From: an uncultured Gammaproteobacteria bacterium
Lineage (GTDB): Bacteria; Pseudomonadota; Gammaproteobacteria; UBA9214
Length of the DNA stretch: 64,000 nt
Assembly: GCA_963824045.1 (NCBI GenBank)
Contig: CAWGNW010000012.1
Location: forward strand, 1,415-65,414
Reading direction: 5' to 3'
This document shows, in pieces, positions 8,713 to 20,359 of the stretch. How positions within the stretch are numbered: the stretch's first letter is position 1; the number at the start of each line of letters is the position of its first letter. Position numbers and translations under genes: made by a program. The notes under the pieces were generated by a model that was not told where the DNA came from, ran no database searches, and saw only the letters and a program-made list of their open reading frames with translations.

Positions 8713-10281
8713 ATGACAAAAGTAAGCCGCGCACTGATCAGCGTATCGGACAAAACCGGCATCACGGAATTCGCCCGCGCCCTGCAGCGTCTGGGCATAG
8801 AGATCCTGTCAACGGGTGGTACCGCGCGCCTGCTGGCCGACGCAGGCATTCCGGTCATCGAGGTATCAGACTACACGGGTTTCCCCGAAATGATGGACGG
8901 GCGCGTCAAGACCCTGCACCCGAAAGTGCATGGCGGCATACTCGCGCGGCGCGGTATAGACGAAGCGGTCATGGCTGCGAATGCGATTGAGCCAATCGAC
9001 CTCGTGGTGGTCAATCTGTATCCCTTTGAGCAAACGGTAGCCCGGACTGACTGCGACCTGCCGCTGGCCATTGAAAATATCGATATCGGAGGTCCCACGA
9101 TGCTGCGTGCGGCCGCAAAGAACCACGCCGCCGTTACCGTGATCGTCGACAGCGCCGATTACGCCGCGGTGCTCGAGGAGCTGCAGCAGCAGGATAACCG
9201 GGTGTCCGACGCCACCCGATACCGGCTGGCGGTCAAGACCTTCGAACACACGGCGCGCTATGATGGCGCCATCGCCAACTATCTCGGTGCTATCGACTTG
9301 TCAGGGGGGCAGGCGGATTTTCCGAACACCATCAACCTGCAGTACCGCCAGGTCCAGACCATGCGGTACGGGGAGAACCCGCACCAGCGGGCTGCCTTTT
9401 TCGTTGAGCATGCACCGGCCGAGGCCTCCGTCGCCACGGCGCGCCAGCTGCAAGGCAAGGAATTGTCGTATAACAACGTGGCGGACACCGATGCCGCGCT
9501 GGAGTGCGTGAAAACCTTCAGCGAGTCGCCCGCCTGCGTGATTGTCAAACATGCCAATCCCTGCGGTGTTGCACTGGGTGCCACGCAGCTTGAAGCCTAT
9601 GACCGGGCATTCCGGACCGACCCGACCTCGGCCTTTGGCGGCATCATTGCCTTTAACCGCCCGCTGGATGCGGCCACGGCCAGTGCCATTATCGAGCGCC
9701 AGTTCGTCGAGGTCATCATCGCCCCGGTGGTGGAAACGGATGCCCTGCCTGTTCTCGCCGGCAAGAAGAATGTGCGGGTGCTGGAATGCGGCAACTGGCC
9801 GGACCTGCCCGTGCCCGGGCTGGACTTCAAGCGTGTAAACGGCGGGCTGCTGGTGCAGGACCGGGACCTGGGCCGCATTTGCGCGGCAGATCTCAAGGTC
9901 ATGACCAGGCGGGCGCCCACCGACCAGGAACTGCAGGACCTGCTGTTTGCGTGGCGGGTGGCCAAGTTCGTCAAGTCGAACGCCATCGTCTATTGCCGAG
10001 ACGGCATGACCGTCGGCGTCGGCGCCGGCCAGATGAGCCGCGTGTACAGCGCCAGGGTCGCTGCGCTCAAGGCGGCCGACGAAGGCCTCGAAGTGCGCGG
10101 TTCAGTGATGGCCTCTGATGCATTCTTTCCCTTTCGTGACGGCATCGACCAGGCAGCGGATGCCGGTATCGCAGCAGTCATCGAGCCCGGTGGCTCCATG
10201 CGGGATGATGAAGTGATCGCCGCAGCCAACGAACATGGCATGGCCATGGTGTTTACCGGGATGCGGCATTTCCGGCACTGA
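8713..10281 (+). CDS. purH: Bifunctional AICAR transformylase/IMP cyclohydrolase
   Basis: [43 protein letters not shown]. Confidence 0.98.
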   Translation: MTKVSRALISVSDKTGITEFARALQRLGIEILSTGGTARLLADAGIPVIEVSDYTGFPEMMDGRVKTLHPKVHGGILARRGIDEAVMAANAIEPIDLVVVNLYPFEQTVARTDCDLPLAIENIDIGGPTMLRAAAKNHAAVTVIVDSADYAAVLEELQQQDNRVSDATRYRLAVKTFEHTARYDGAIANYLGAIDLSGGQADFPNTINLQYRQVQTMRYGENPHQRAAFFVEHAPAEASVATARQLQGKELSYNNVADTDAALECVKTFSESPACVIVKHANPCGVALGATQLEAYDRAFRTDPTSAFGGIIAFNRPLDAATASAIIERQFVEVIIAPVVETDALPVLAGKKNVRVLECGNWPDLPVPGLDFKRVNGGLLVQDRDLGRICAADLKVMTRRAPTDQELQDLLFAWRVAKFVKSNAIVYCRDGMTVGVGAGQMSRVYSARVAALKAADEGLEVRGSVMASDAFFPFRDGIDQAADAGIAAVIEPGGSMRDDEVIAAANEHGMAMVFTGMRHFRH

Positions 10282-10290
10282 TTACATCAA

Positions 10291-10360
10291 GTGAGAGGTA
10301 GGAGCGCCGTCCTCCGGCGCGATCGCGGCCAGGAGGCCGCTCCTACATGTCACCTCTCAC
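10291..10360. repeat. GTAG-class REP doublet hairpin
   Basis: GTAGGAGCGCCGTCCTCCGGCGCGATCGCGGCCAGGAGGCCGCTCCTAC, flanked by GTGAGAGG/CCTCTCAC. Confidence 0.85.
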
Positions 10361-10380
10361 TGTCTTCATAGGGAGAAGGA

Positions 10381-11664
10381 ATGAACATCCTTATCATCGG
10401 TGGTGGCGGGCGCGAGCACGCACTGGCCTGGAAGGTGGCGCAGTCACCACTGGCCGGGCGCGTTTTTGTCGCGCCGGGTAACGCAGGCACCGCGCAGGAA
10501 CCCGGCCTGGAAAATGTCGCCATCGATGCGGGTGACATCGATGCGCTGCTGGCGTTTGCCCGGGAGCAGGACGTCGGTCTGACGATTGTGGGTCCCGAGG
10601 TGCCGCTGGTGGCTGGGGTCGTCGACCGCTTCAGTGCTGCCGGCCTGCGTTGCTTCGGCCCGTCACAGGCCGCTGCCCGGCTGGAAGGCTCCAAGACATT
10701 TTCCAAGGATTTTCTGGCGCGGAACGGGATTCCGACTGCGGCCTATGAAACGTTCACCGACAGTGTCGCGGCCGCCGGTTATATACGCCGGCAGGGGGCG
10801 CCGATCGTTGTGAAGGCGGATGGTCTGGCAGCCGGCAAGGGTGTGTTCCTGGCGCAGACCGAGGCGCAGGCCGTCGCGGCCGTCGAAGACATGCTGGCCG
10901 GCAATGTGTTCGGCGAGGCCGGTCACCGGGTGGTCATTGAGGAGTTCCTGCAGGGTGAGGAAGCCAGCTTTATCGTCATGGTCGACGGCGAGCACTGTCT
11001 GCCGCTGGCAACCTCGCAGGACCACAAGGCGCGCGACAACGGCGATACCGGCCCGAACACCGGTGGCATGGGGGCCTATTCCCCGGCGCCGGTGGTGACG
11101 CCGGCCATTCATGACCGGGTGATGCAGGAGGTGATTCTGCCGACCGTGAGCGGCATGGCCGCGGAAGGCAGTCCCTTTACCGGTTTTCTCTATGCCGGCC
11201 TGATGATCGCCGCCGACGGCACGCCGAAGGTGCTGGAGTACAATGTCCGCTTCGGCGATCCGGAAACCCAGCCTGTCATGCTGCGCCTGCACTCCGACCT
11301 TGTCGCGTTATGCCTTGCGGCAATGGATGGGCGTCTGGACAGCGTGACGGCTGAATGGGACACGCGCGTTTCACTGGGCGTGGTGATGGCAGCCGGCGGC
11401 TATCCCGATGCCTGTCGCAAGGGCGATGTCATTGAAGGTTTGCCACCGGTTGACGACAAAGACTGCAAGGTTTTTCATGCCGGAACAACAGCCCGGGGAG
11501 ATGCAGTGCTGACCAGCGGCGGACGCGTCCTGTGCGTGTGTGCGCTGGGTGATACGATTGCAGCTGCGCAGCAACAGGCCTACGCCTGTGTCGGCAGGAT
11601 CCACTGGCCGGATGTTTATTATCGTACTGATATCGGGTATCGGGCGATAGCTCGGGGAAAGTGA
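10381..11664 (+). CDS. purD: Phosphoribosylamine-glycine ligase
   Basis: GGGGREHAL, KADGLAAGKGV, GPNTGGMGAYSP, RFGDPETQ. Confidence 0.98.
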   Translation: MNILIIGGGGREHALAWKVAQSPLAGRVFVAPGNAGTAQEPGLENVAIDAGDIDALLAFAREQDVGLTIVGPEVPLVAGVVDRFSAAGLRCFGPSQAAARLEGSKTFSKDFLARNGIPTAAYETFTDSVAAAGYIRRQGAPIVVKADGLAAGKGVFLAQTEAQAVAAVEDMLAGNVFGEAGHRVVIEEFLQGEEASFIVMVDGEHCLPLATSQDHKARDNGDTGPNTGGMGAYSPAPVVTPAIHDRVMQEVILPTVSGMAAEGSPFTGFLYAGLMIAADGTPKVLEYNVRFGDPETQPVMLRLHSDLVALCLAAMDGRLDSVTAEWDTRVSLGVVMAAGGYPDACRKGDVIEGLPPVDDKDCKVFHAGTTARGDAVLTSGGRVLCVCALGDTIAAAQQQAYACVGRIHWPDVYYRTDIGYRAIARGK

Positions 11665-11785
11665 GAAGTTGAAAGTTAGAAGTGAGAAGTTAGTAGTGAG
11701 AAGTGAGAAGTGAAAAGAAGCGAGAATAACGACACCTGCCATCTATTTCTTTTCACTTCTCACTTTTTACTTTTCATCCTTTATC
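11657..11785. repeat. Heptamer inverted-repeat element (GTGAGAA arm - spacer - TTCTCAC arm)
   Basis: Purine arm overlapping the purD stop, short spacer, pyrimidine arm ending TCCTTTATC. Confidence 0.8.
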
Positions 11786-11798
11786 ATGGAGTTTAAAT

Positions 11799-12356
11799 AT
11801 GGAAATTTTCGGCTGGGTCATCGTGGCACTCATCGTCGGTATCCCGTTGTGGGGCGTCGCCCTCTACAACCGTCTGGTTGGTTTGCGCAACCAGGTCAAG
11901 AATGCCTGGCGCCAGATCGATGTGCAGCTGAAACGCCGCCATGACCTGATCCCGAACCTGGTCGAGGTCGTCAAGGACTACATGTCCTATGAGCAGGAAA
12001 CCCTGCAGAAGGTGATCCAGGCGCGTAACCAGGCGGTCAGCGCCGGCAGCCCGGAGGCCGCGATCGCTGCGGAAGGCATACTGGGCGGCGCCATGAGCAA
12101 GCTGTTCGCGCTGATGGAGAATTATCCCGACCTCAAGGCCAATGAAAATGTCTCGCGCCTGATGGAAGAATTGAGCGCGACTGAAAACAAGATCTCGTTC
12201 TCGCGGCAGTTCTACAATGACAGCGTCATGTCGCTGAACAATGCGGTGCAGGCGTTTCCTTCGAATATCGTTGCCGGCATGTTCCGCTTCACTGAGGCCA
12301 CGTATTTCGAGGTGCCGGAAACCGAGACCGCAACACCAAAGGTGGACCTGCGCTAG
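11799..12356 (+). CDS. lemA: LemA family protein
   Basis: YNRLV..IDVQLKRRHDLIPNLVE..ENYPDLKAN..ENKISFSRQFYND..FPSNIVA. Confidence 0.93.
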   Translation: MEIFGWVIVALIVGIPLWGVALYNRLVGLRNQVKNAWRQIDVQLKRRHDLIPNLVEVVKDYMSYEQETLQKVIQARNQAVSAGSPEAAIAAEGILGGAMSKLFALMENYPDLKANENVSRLMEELSATENKISFSRQFYNDSVMSLNNAVQAFPSNIVAGMFRFTEATYFEVPETETATPKVDLR

Positions 12357-12499
12357 CGACCGGTCTGTCTGCATGACGTCCTGCGGTTGCCCCGGGAAGA
12401 TGCCTGCGCTTGACTCGTGCAGGAAGTGTCGGCCGGGAATTGCCCGCGCGTGCCTGCGTTGTATCCTTTCTCTCTCTGTGTGACTGCGCCAGGCCACTG

Positions 12500-13594
12500 A
12501 TGCCGCTATCAGAAGACAACCGTTGTCCGGAGTGCGGCGCGCAGAATCGCATGCATGCCAGGGCCTGTCGCCAGTGCGGCACGCCGCTCGCCGCAGACTG
12601 GCAGCACAGTCGGCGCATGCGCAACAAGGTCCTGCGACGCACCGACTTCATGGCGGCCGCCCGTGCCAACCAGGCGGCAACCCGCCGGCTGGTGATTATT
12701 CTTCTCCTGATTCTCGGTGTGCTGGGTTATCTCATTGGCTGGAGTATGCAACTCGCCGGTGGTGAGCTGCCGCCAGGTGTGGAGACGGTCTGGTTTGTGA
12801 GCCGCTGGGGTGTGCTGGTGGCGCTGGTGCTGTTCGCCATCGGCAGCATCTGGTCATGGATCGCGTTTCGCCAGGGCGACCGGATCATCCTGCGGGTGAC
12901 GGGTGCCCGTCCGGTGACGCCGGACGAGGAGCCGGTATTGCATAACGTGGTGCAGGAAATGGCACTGGCCGCGGGCATCAGGGAGCCGCGGGTCTATGTC
13001 ATGGAAACCGATGCCCTGAATGCCTTTGCGACCGGAATGAGCCCGGCGCGTTCGGCCATCGGCGTCACCCGCGGCCTGCTGGATACGCTGGATCGAGAAG
13101 AACTGCAGGGCGTCATCGGTCACGAGATGGGCCATATCGTGAACTGGGATATCCGCTATGCCACGGCGGTGGGTGTCATCGTCGGCATGGTCGCGCTGGT
13201 CAGCGATGGCGCCTTGCGCTCGCTGTATTTCTCCGGGCGCTCTCGTAACTCGGGCAAGGGCGGGGCCGGGGCGGCGGTGATCCTGCTGGTGTTGCTGGTA
13301 TTTGCGGCACTCGCGCCTTTGTTTGCCCTGCTGGTGCAGATGGCGGTTTCGAGACAGCGTGAATTCCTTGCGGATGCAACCAGCGTGCGCCTGACACGCC
13401 ACCCGCAGGGCTTGATCTCCGCGCTGGAAAAGCTGGCTGCCGGCGCGAAGCCGTTCAAGGGCGCCAACCGCGCCACCCAGCACATGTTCATTGTCAATCC
13501 CTTCAGGAACTTCAGGGAAAACAGCAGTCGGCTCTATGCGACCCACCCGCCGCTGGAGTTGCGGATAAACCGGTTGCGGAACCTGGGAGGTTGA
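12500..13594 (+). CDS. HtpX-like M48 zinc metalloprotease with N-terminal zinc ribbon
   Basis: NAFATG, HEMGH, SRQREFLADA, THPPLELRI; CPECG..CRQCG at the N-terminus. Confidence 0.9.
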   Translation: MPLSEDNRCPECGAQNRMHARACRQCGTPLAADWQHSRRMRNKVLRRTDFMAAARANQAATRRLVIILLLILGVLGYLIGWSMQLAGGELPPGVETVWFVSRWGVLVALVLFAIGSIWSWIAFRQGDRIILRVTGARPVTPDEEPVLHNVVQEMALAAGIREPRVYVMETDALNAFATGMSPARSAIGVTRGLLDTLDREELQGVIGHEMGHIVNWDIRYATAVGVIVGMVALVSDGALRSLYFSGRSRNSGKGGAGAAVILLVLLVFAALAPLFALLVQMAVSRQREFLADATSVRLTRHPQGLISALEKLAAGAKPFKGANRATQHMFIVNPFRNFRENSSRLYATHPPLELRINRLRNLGG

Positions 13595-13710
13595 AAGAAA
13601 GTAAAAGGTGAACAGTGAAAAGTGAGGAGAGGCGGGTAGCGTTACAGTCATCCTGACAAACATCCACTTGTTTCACGTTTCACTTATTACTTTTCACTTA
13701 GTCCTTTATC
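13594..13710. repeat. Degenerate heptamer inverted-repeat element between convergent htpX-like and rho
   Basis: GTAAAAGGTGAACAGTGAAAAGTGAGG ... TTTCACGTTTCACTTATTACTTTTCACTT..TCCTTTATC. Confidence 0.75.
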
Positions 13711-14962
13711 TTTTCATCGATTCGAAGAATTCGGCGTTGTTCTTGGTGGCTTTCAGCTTGTCGAGCATAAACTCCATGGCGGCGAGTTCGTCCATCGGAT
13801 GCAGCAGCTTGCGCAGGATCCACATCTTCTGCAGTTCCTTGGGGTCGGTCAGCAGTTCCTCGCGGCGGGTACCGGAGCGATTGATGTTGATTGCCGGGTA
13901 AACGCGCTTCTCGGCAATCTTCCTGTCCAGGTGTATTTCGTGGTTGCCGGTGCCCTTGAACTCTTCATAGATAACGTCGTCCATGCGTGAACCGGTGTCA
14001 ATCAGCGCGGTGGCCAGGATGGTCAGGCTGCCGCCTTCCTCGATATTGCGCGCGGCGCCGAAGAAACGCTTCGGACGCTGCAGGGCGTTGGCGTCGACAC
14101 CGCCTGTCAGGACCTTGCCGGATGAGGGTACGACCGTGTTATAGGCGCGTCCGAGCCGGGTGATGGAGTCCAGCAGGATCACCACGTCGCGCTTGTGCTC
14201 GACCAGGCGGCGCGCCTTTTCGATAACCATCTCGGCGACCTGTACATGCCGGCTGGCGGGTTCGTCAAAGGTGCTCGAGACCACTTCGCCATTTACCGAA
14301 CGGGTCATTTCGGTGACTTCCTCGGGACGTTCATCGATCAGCAGTACAATCAGGTAACACTCCGGATAATTGGAGGTGATCGACTGGGCAACGTTCTGCA
14401 GCAGCATGGTCTTGCCCGCCTTGGGCGGCGAGACGATCAGGCCGCGCTGGCCCTTGCCCAGCGGCGCGACCATGTCAATGATGCGTGCGGTGATGTCTTC
14501 CGTGCTGCCGTTGCCGCGCTCCAGGGTAAGGCGCTCATTGGGATGCAGCGGCGTGAGATTTTCGAAGGCGACCTTGTTTTTCGCATTCTCCGGCTTTTCA
14601 TAATTGATCTCGCTCACCTTGAGCAGCGCGAAATAGCGCTCGCTGTCCTTGGGTGGGCGGATCTTGCCATCCACCGTGTCGCCGGTGCGCAGGCTGAAGC
14701 GCCGGATCTGGCTGGGTGAGACATAGATATCGTCCGGTCCTGCCAGGTAGGAACTGTCCGCTGAGCGCAGGAACCCGAAACCATCCTGGAGTATTTCCAG
14801 GACACCGTTCCCGAAAATATCCTCGCCTTTCTTGGCGTGTGACTTGAGGATGGAAAAGATGATGTCCTGCTTGCGGGATCGTGCGGTTCCCTCGATGCCC
14901 ATCTCCTGGGCGATTTCTATCAGCTCCGCGGCTGGTTTCAGCTTGAGTTCGGAAAGGTTCAT
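13706..14962 (-). CDS. rho: Transcription termination factor Rho
   Basis: [33 protein letters not shown]. Confidence 0.99.
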   Translation of the reverse strand: MNLSELKLKPAAELIEIAQEMGIEGTARSRKQDIIFSILKSHAKKGEDIFGNGVLEILQDGFGFLRSADSSYLAGPDDIYVSPSQIRRFSLRTGDTVDGKIRPPKDSERYFALLKVSEINYEKPENAKNKVAFENLTPLHPNERLTLERGNGSTEDITARIIDMVAPLGKGQRGLIVSPPKAGKTMLLQNVAQSITSNYPECYLIVLLIDERPEEVTEMTRSVNGEVVSSTFDEPASRHVQVAEMVIEKARRLVEHKRDVVILLDSITRLGRAYNTVVPSSGKVLTGGVDANALQRPKRFFGAARNIEEGGSLTILATALIDTGSRMDDVIYEEFKGTGNHEIHLDRKIAEKRVYPAININRSGTRREELLTDPKELQKMWILRKLLHPMDELAAMEFMLDKLKATKNNAEFFESMKR

Positions 14963-15152
14963 AGATGGCCTTCTCTAGTGTGGTTCGCTGTGGTTTGGTG
15001 GGGTCGGCCGCAATGGCCTGGTAGAAGAAAACGATTGCTTGAAAATTCGCAGACAATCAGTCTGTAAAAATGCCGGCCTGGCTGTTATTTGACAATGACC
15101 GCATCCGGCAGTATTTACCTGCAGCACGGGTTGTCCGCTTCTTTTCCTGTGT

Positions 15153-15479
15153 TCAGATGTTGCTGTCAATAAAGGCGGTGAGCTGTGACTTGGACAGCGC
15201 TCCGACCTTGGTTGCCTCTACGTTGCCGTCCTTGAACAGCATCAGGGTCGGGATGCCGCGAATACCGTACTTTGGCGGTGTCTGCGGGTTGTCATCGATA
15301 TTGAGCTTGGCGACCTTGATCTTGCCGGTATACTCACTGGCGATTTCGTCCAGGATTGGAGCTATCATCTTGCAGGGTCCGCACCATTCCGCCCAGTAAT
15401 CGACCAGCACGGGTGCGGAAGATTTCAGGACTTCATCCTCAAAGGTGTCGTCTGTCAGGTACAAGATATTCTCGCTCAC
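15153..15479 (-). CDS. trxA: Thioredoxin 1
   Basis: WCGPCKM; trxA-rho synteny. Confidence 0.98.
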   Translation of the reverse strand: MSENILYLTDDTFEDEVLKSSAPVLVDYWAEWCGPCKMIAPILDEIASEYTGKIKVAKLNIDDNPQTPPKYGIRGIPTLMLFKDGNVEATKVGALSKSQLTAFIDSNI

Positions 15480-15963
15480 TGTTCAAATTCTCCTGTTAAG
15501 AAAAAACTATTGCCCTGTTACTGCAAAGCAGGTGACGGGGCTGGCGCCGTGCTTTTTTCATACAAGGAAATCCGCTGCGCGGTGTGTCGGGGTTCTGCCC
15601 GGGAGTCGGTAGCCTGAGCAGGACTTGTAAGGTGTGTTGATACGTGCTGTTGGACGATCTACACTCAGTCAGGTTGTATTTCAGCCTAAATCAGGCCAAT
15701 TTACAAGTCCGGCGAGTATATTTTCTGCTGCATCTCACGCACCTCCCGTGCTTGTCGCCGGGCTGTTCGGAATCACCCGGGGATGTCCGCCGGCAAGTTG
15801 CGTTAGCGGGCTGTACGGGGGCGGCGGTGCGTGCGCAGCTTTTTGCATTGCAGTCTTTCGGGCGCGTCACAAAACAATCATTAGCATATTAACAAGCATC
15901 TGAAATATAATACGAAATTCTTTTTCATCAGGCCGGTGGCAAGACACCGGCAAAAAGGCAAAC

Positions 15964-17263
15964 ATGTCTGAAACGTATTTGACGGAAACATCCTTCAGCA
16001 GTTTTTCCCTGCCTGCAGAACTAATGCAAGGCATTGAAGACGCAGGTTTTTCAATGTGTACACCGATACAGGCGGAAACACTGCCAGTAGCACTGCAAGG
16101 GCGCGATATCGCAGGGCAGGCGCAAACCGGCACCGGCAAGACGGCAGCTTTTCTGGTCGCAGTGTACAACCAACTGCTAACACATGAGGTCGACAGCCGC
16201 CGTAAACCCAATCAGCCTCGGGCGCTGATACTGGCGCCAACACGGGAACTGGCGATACAGATACACCATGACGCGCTTCGTTATCGGCAAACACACCGGG
16301 TTGCAGCTGGGCCTTGCCTACGGGGGTACCGGTTACGAGCAACAGCGTGACGATATCACGGCAGGCGTTGATATTCTGGTTGGTACACCGGGACGCCTGA
16401 TTGATTATTTCAAGCAGCATGTTTTCGATCTGAAAATGATACAGGCCATTGTGCTGGATGAAGCAGACCGCATGTTCGACCTCGGCTTTATCAAGGATAT
16501 TCGCTTCCTGATCCGCCGTTGTCCGCCGCCGGAAGAACGTCTTGGGCTGCTGTTCTCGGCAACGCTGTCGCACCGTGTCCAGGAACTCGCCTATGAGCAC
16601 ATGAACAACCCGGTACACATCGATATCGAGCCCGAGAAAGTCACGGCGGACAAGGTCAGACAGGTCCTGTACCATACCGCGAATGAAGAAAAGATTCCGT
16701 TGCTGGTGGGTATACTGAACCATGTCGATCCCCACCGAAGCATCGTCTTCGTCAATACCAAACGCAATGCCGAGCGGGTGTGGTCCTATCTTGAAGGCAA
16801 CGGATTCAAATGCGCCGTGCTCTCGGGTGACGTACCGCAGACAAAACGCCAGCGCCTGCTGCGGGAATTCCAGAGCGGAGAGTTGCCGGTGCTGATCGCA
16901 ACTGATGTGGCGGCCAGGGGACTGCACATTCCGGACGTGAGCCACGTATTCAACTACGATCTTCCCCAGGACGCCGAGGATTACGTACATCGAATCGGGC
17001 GCACGGCGCGCGTCGGCAAGGACGGTGATGCCGTCAGCTTTGCCTGCGAGAACTTTGTCTATTCCCTGCCCGAGATCGAGGCCTATATCGGGCACAAGAT
17101 ACCTGTGGAACCCGTACCGGACGGCTATGTTGCCGAACTCAAGCCGCCTGTCAAAATCAAGCGTGCACCGCGACCGGAACATGGACGCGGCAGGCCGGTT
17201 AAATCAGCGGCAGGTGGCAAGCGCAGTGGCGGGCGAAGTCGCGAGCGTCGCGCACACAGCTAG
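15964..17263 (+). CDS. rhlB: DEAD-box RNA helicase RhlB (one +1 frameshift near 16279, probably sequence error)
   Basis: AQTGTGKT and PTRELA in one frame; DEAD, SAT and HRIGR in the next; divergent from trxA. Confidence 0.9.
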
Positions 17264-17298
17264 AATCCATAGACCGGACGGCAGATGCTGGGACGAAT

Positions 17299-18226
17299 AT
17301 GCAGACAATAGCTTCAATGCAACAGGTGGATTTCGTCAGGTTGATGCAAAGCACACAGATGCGGCGCGTTATCCTGGGAATAAACCTGCTGCTGGTCATC
17401 TGGATTGCGAGCCAGCTGGCAAGCCTGACCTGGGGGTTTTTTGCTCCCGACCGGGAAACCGGGCCTGCAGCGGTTGAGACCGCGGCAGCACCGGTGCAGC
17501 GCAATGAAGAACTGGAGTTGATCCGCCAGATACCAGGCTGGCACCTGATGGGTGTTGTCAGCCAGCAGGCTGCGCCGGTCAGGGAAGCGGCTCCCATTGA
17601 AGCACCGGATACGCGTCTCAAGCTGATACTGCGGGGGGCGCTGTCATCGGACGATCCTGAGCATGCCCGCGCCATCATTGCGGATCCGCGTGGCAAGGAA
17701 GACCAGTATGCCATCGGCGACAACCTGCCGGGGAATGCCGAGCTGAGCGAGGTTCATCCTGACCGGGTCATCCTGAAGCGCAATGGCCGTTACGAGACCC
17801 TGCGTCTGCCGCAGGATCAGCAGCAGAACCAGCAGAAGAATACAGTATCCGCAATGAATACCTCGCTGCGTTCAGCAGCGCCGCCCCAGCCCGGTACCAG
17901 TCCCGCGCAGCGTCTGCAAGCCATCAGTCAGCGGGTACAGCAGAATCCCGTATCACTCTACGAAGTCGTGCGGCCGGTGCCGAAACAGGATGAGGAAGGC
18001 AATATCATTGGTTACGTACTGCAGCCCGGGCCGTGACCGGGAACTCTTTGATCACCTTGGCCTGCAGGCCGGTGATGTTGTTGTGCAGATCAATGATCTC
18101 AAGCTGGATAATGCTGCCAGCAGTGCACAGGCACTCAAGAGTGTGCAAAATGGGCAGGAGGTAACCATGACGGTCTTGCGTGACGGGCAGGAGCAGGTGC
18201 TGAGTTTCAGTCTGCCGGCAGAGTAA
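17299..18226 (+). CDS. gspC: Type II secretion protein C (frameshift near 18028)
   Basis: TM helix, HR domain (DRVILKRNGRYETLRL), PDZ completed in the +1 frame (GLQAGDVVVQIND). Confidence 0.88.
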
Positions 18227-18315
18227 ATATATAATGGAATCAGCCTGTTTAAGTTTCCGGATGGCTGAATTTTGATATGCTGTTTCAGGGCAAAACCTAC
18301 ACGGTGGGATACAGA

Positions 18316-20358
18316 ATGAAAACTCCGGTCAAGATTGGATGGCTTGCTGCTGGTGTGGCTGGTGATTGCCCTGCCGCTGCGCGCCGAAACAGTTACCCTG
18401 AATCTCAAGGATGCTGATATCGGCGCCCTGATCAGCACGGTTGCCGAAGTCACCGATCGAAACTTCATCGTCGATCCCCGGGTAAAGGGCAAGGTGACCG
18501 TGATTTCGACCCGGCCGATGGACAGTGACGAGGTCTACCAGGTCTTTCTTTCGATTCTGAAGGTCCACGGTTTTGCCGCCGTACCCAGCGGCGAGGTCAT
18601 CAAGATCGTGCCCGATGTCAATGCCAAGCAGGACGGTATTCCAACCACAACTGAGGCCGAGCCGGGACAGGGTGACGAGATGGTTACCCGTGTCATACAG
18701 GTCGACAACGTCACGGCCGCTCAGCTGGTGCCGATTCTGCGTCCCCTGGTTCCGCAGCAGGGGCATCTCGCGGCATATCCCGCGACCAATGTTCTGATCA
18801 TTTCCGACCGGGCCAACAACGTGGAGCGCCTGGTTAGTATCATCCACCGCATTGACCAGGTTAGCGACAGTGAAATCGAGGTGATTCCGCTTGAACACGC
18901 CTCTGCCGTGGAAGTGGTGCGGGTACTGACCAGTCTGAATCGCGCGGTTCCCGGCCAGCAGGCAGGGGCTGGAACAGACGGGCCGATACTGGTTGCAGAC
19001 GAACGCACCAATAGCGTTCTGCTCGGTGGTGACCATGCTGATCGACTGCGCATGCGGGCGATAATTTCCCATCTGGATACCCCGCTGGATAGTGGGGGCA
19101 ATACCGATGTGATCTACCTGCGCTATGCCGAGGCCGCCGAAATCGTCGATACCCTGATGGGTGTCGGAAAGATCGAGGAAAAGGAGTCGCAGCAGGGGAA
19201 AGACCACCACGACTCGCGGTGTGTTCGATATCCAGGCAGACGAGTCGACCAACTCCCTGGTGATCACCGCACCACCCGACATCATGCGTACCCTGAAACG
19301 CGTCATAAGCCAGCTGGATATTCGCCGGGCCCAGGTGCTGGTCGAGGCGGTGATTGCCGAGGTGTCGGCTGATACCACGCGCGAGCTGGGAGTGCAGTGG
19401 ATATTTTCCGGCGCCAAGGACGGCGAAGGCCCCATTGGCGTGGTTAATTTCACCAATTCGGGCAGCCCGGTCGCGGATGTGATCAATGGCGCTGCGGCTG
19501 TGGCAAATGGCGGAACGTTTCCCGAGTATCGTTGACAACGCGCTGCTCGGCTTTGGCAGGACTAACGGCAGCTTCAACTACGTCGCCGTCATGAATGCAC
19601 TGGCATCCGACGCCAATACCAATATCCTGTCGACGCCGACGCTGGTGACGCTCGACAACGAGGAGGCCGAAATCGTCATTGGCGAGAATGTTCCGTTCGT
19701 GACCGGCTCCTTTACGAGTACCGGTGGTGCTGACGGTGCGACCAACCCGTTTCAGACCATTCAGCGTGAGGACGTGGGCCTGACGCTGAAGATCAAGCCG
19801 CAGATCAACGAGGGCGACGCGCTGCGCCTGGAGATCGAGCAGGAGGTTTCCAGCATAGCCGATAGTGTGGCCGGCGCCTCCGACCTGGTCACCAATAAAC
19901 GTTCGATCAAGACCAATGTGATGGTGGATAATGGCCAGGTTGTCGTACTGGGTGGCCTGATCGAGGAGAATGTCCGGGAAAGCAAGCAAAAGGTCCCGCT
20001 ACTCGGCGACATTCCGCTGCTGGGCGCACTGTTCAGGTCAAGCACGGGTGATGTGGAGAAAACCAACCTGATGGTGTTCATCCACCCGGTTATTCTGCGT
20101 GACGCCGCCGTCACCAATCTCTATACAAACAACAAGTACAACTACATCCGCTCGCTGCAGCTTGATCAGGATGAGGACGGTGTCAACCTGATGCCGGACG
20201 CCAACCATCCGGCACTGCCGCGTCTGGAGGAGTTTTCCGGGATCTCCGCCCCGGCGGCGGAGCCAGCCGTGTCGGATGCCCCTGCCGTTGAAACCGCACC
20301 GCCCGATGCGGCAGAAGAGTCCGGCACGGTGGTGCACGACAGCTTCCTGGATAACTGA
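18316..20358 (+). CDS. gspD: Type II secretion secretin D (frameshifts near 18320, 19200, 19521)
   Basis: [51 protein letters not shown] spread over consecutive frames. Confidence 0.9.
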
Positions 20359-20359
20359 G

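Noticed and set aside
15480-15963. Long trxA-rhlB spacer with small ORFs and a GG-N10-GC sigma54-like pattern
   Set aside because: The ORFs lack coding features and the motif match is weak; consistent with an ordinary divergent promoter region.
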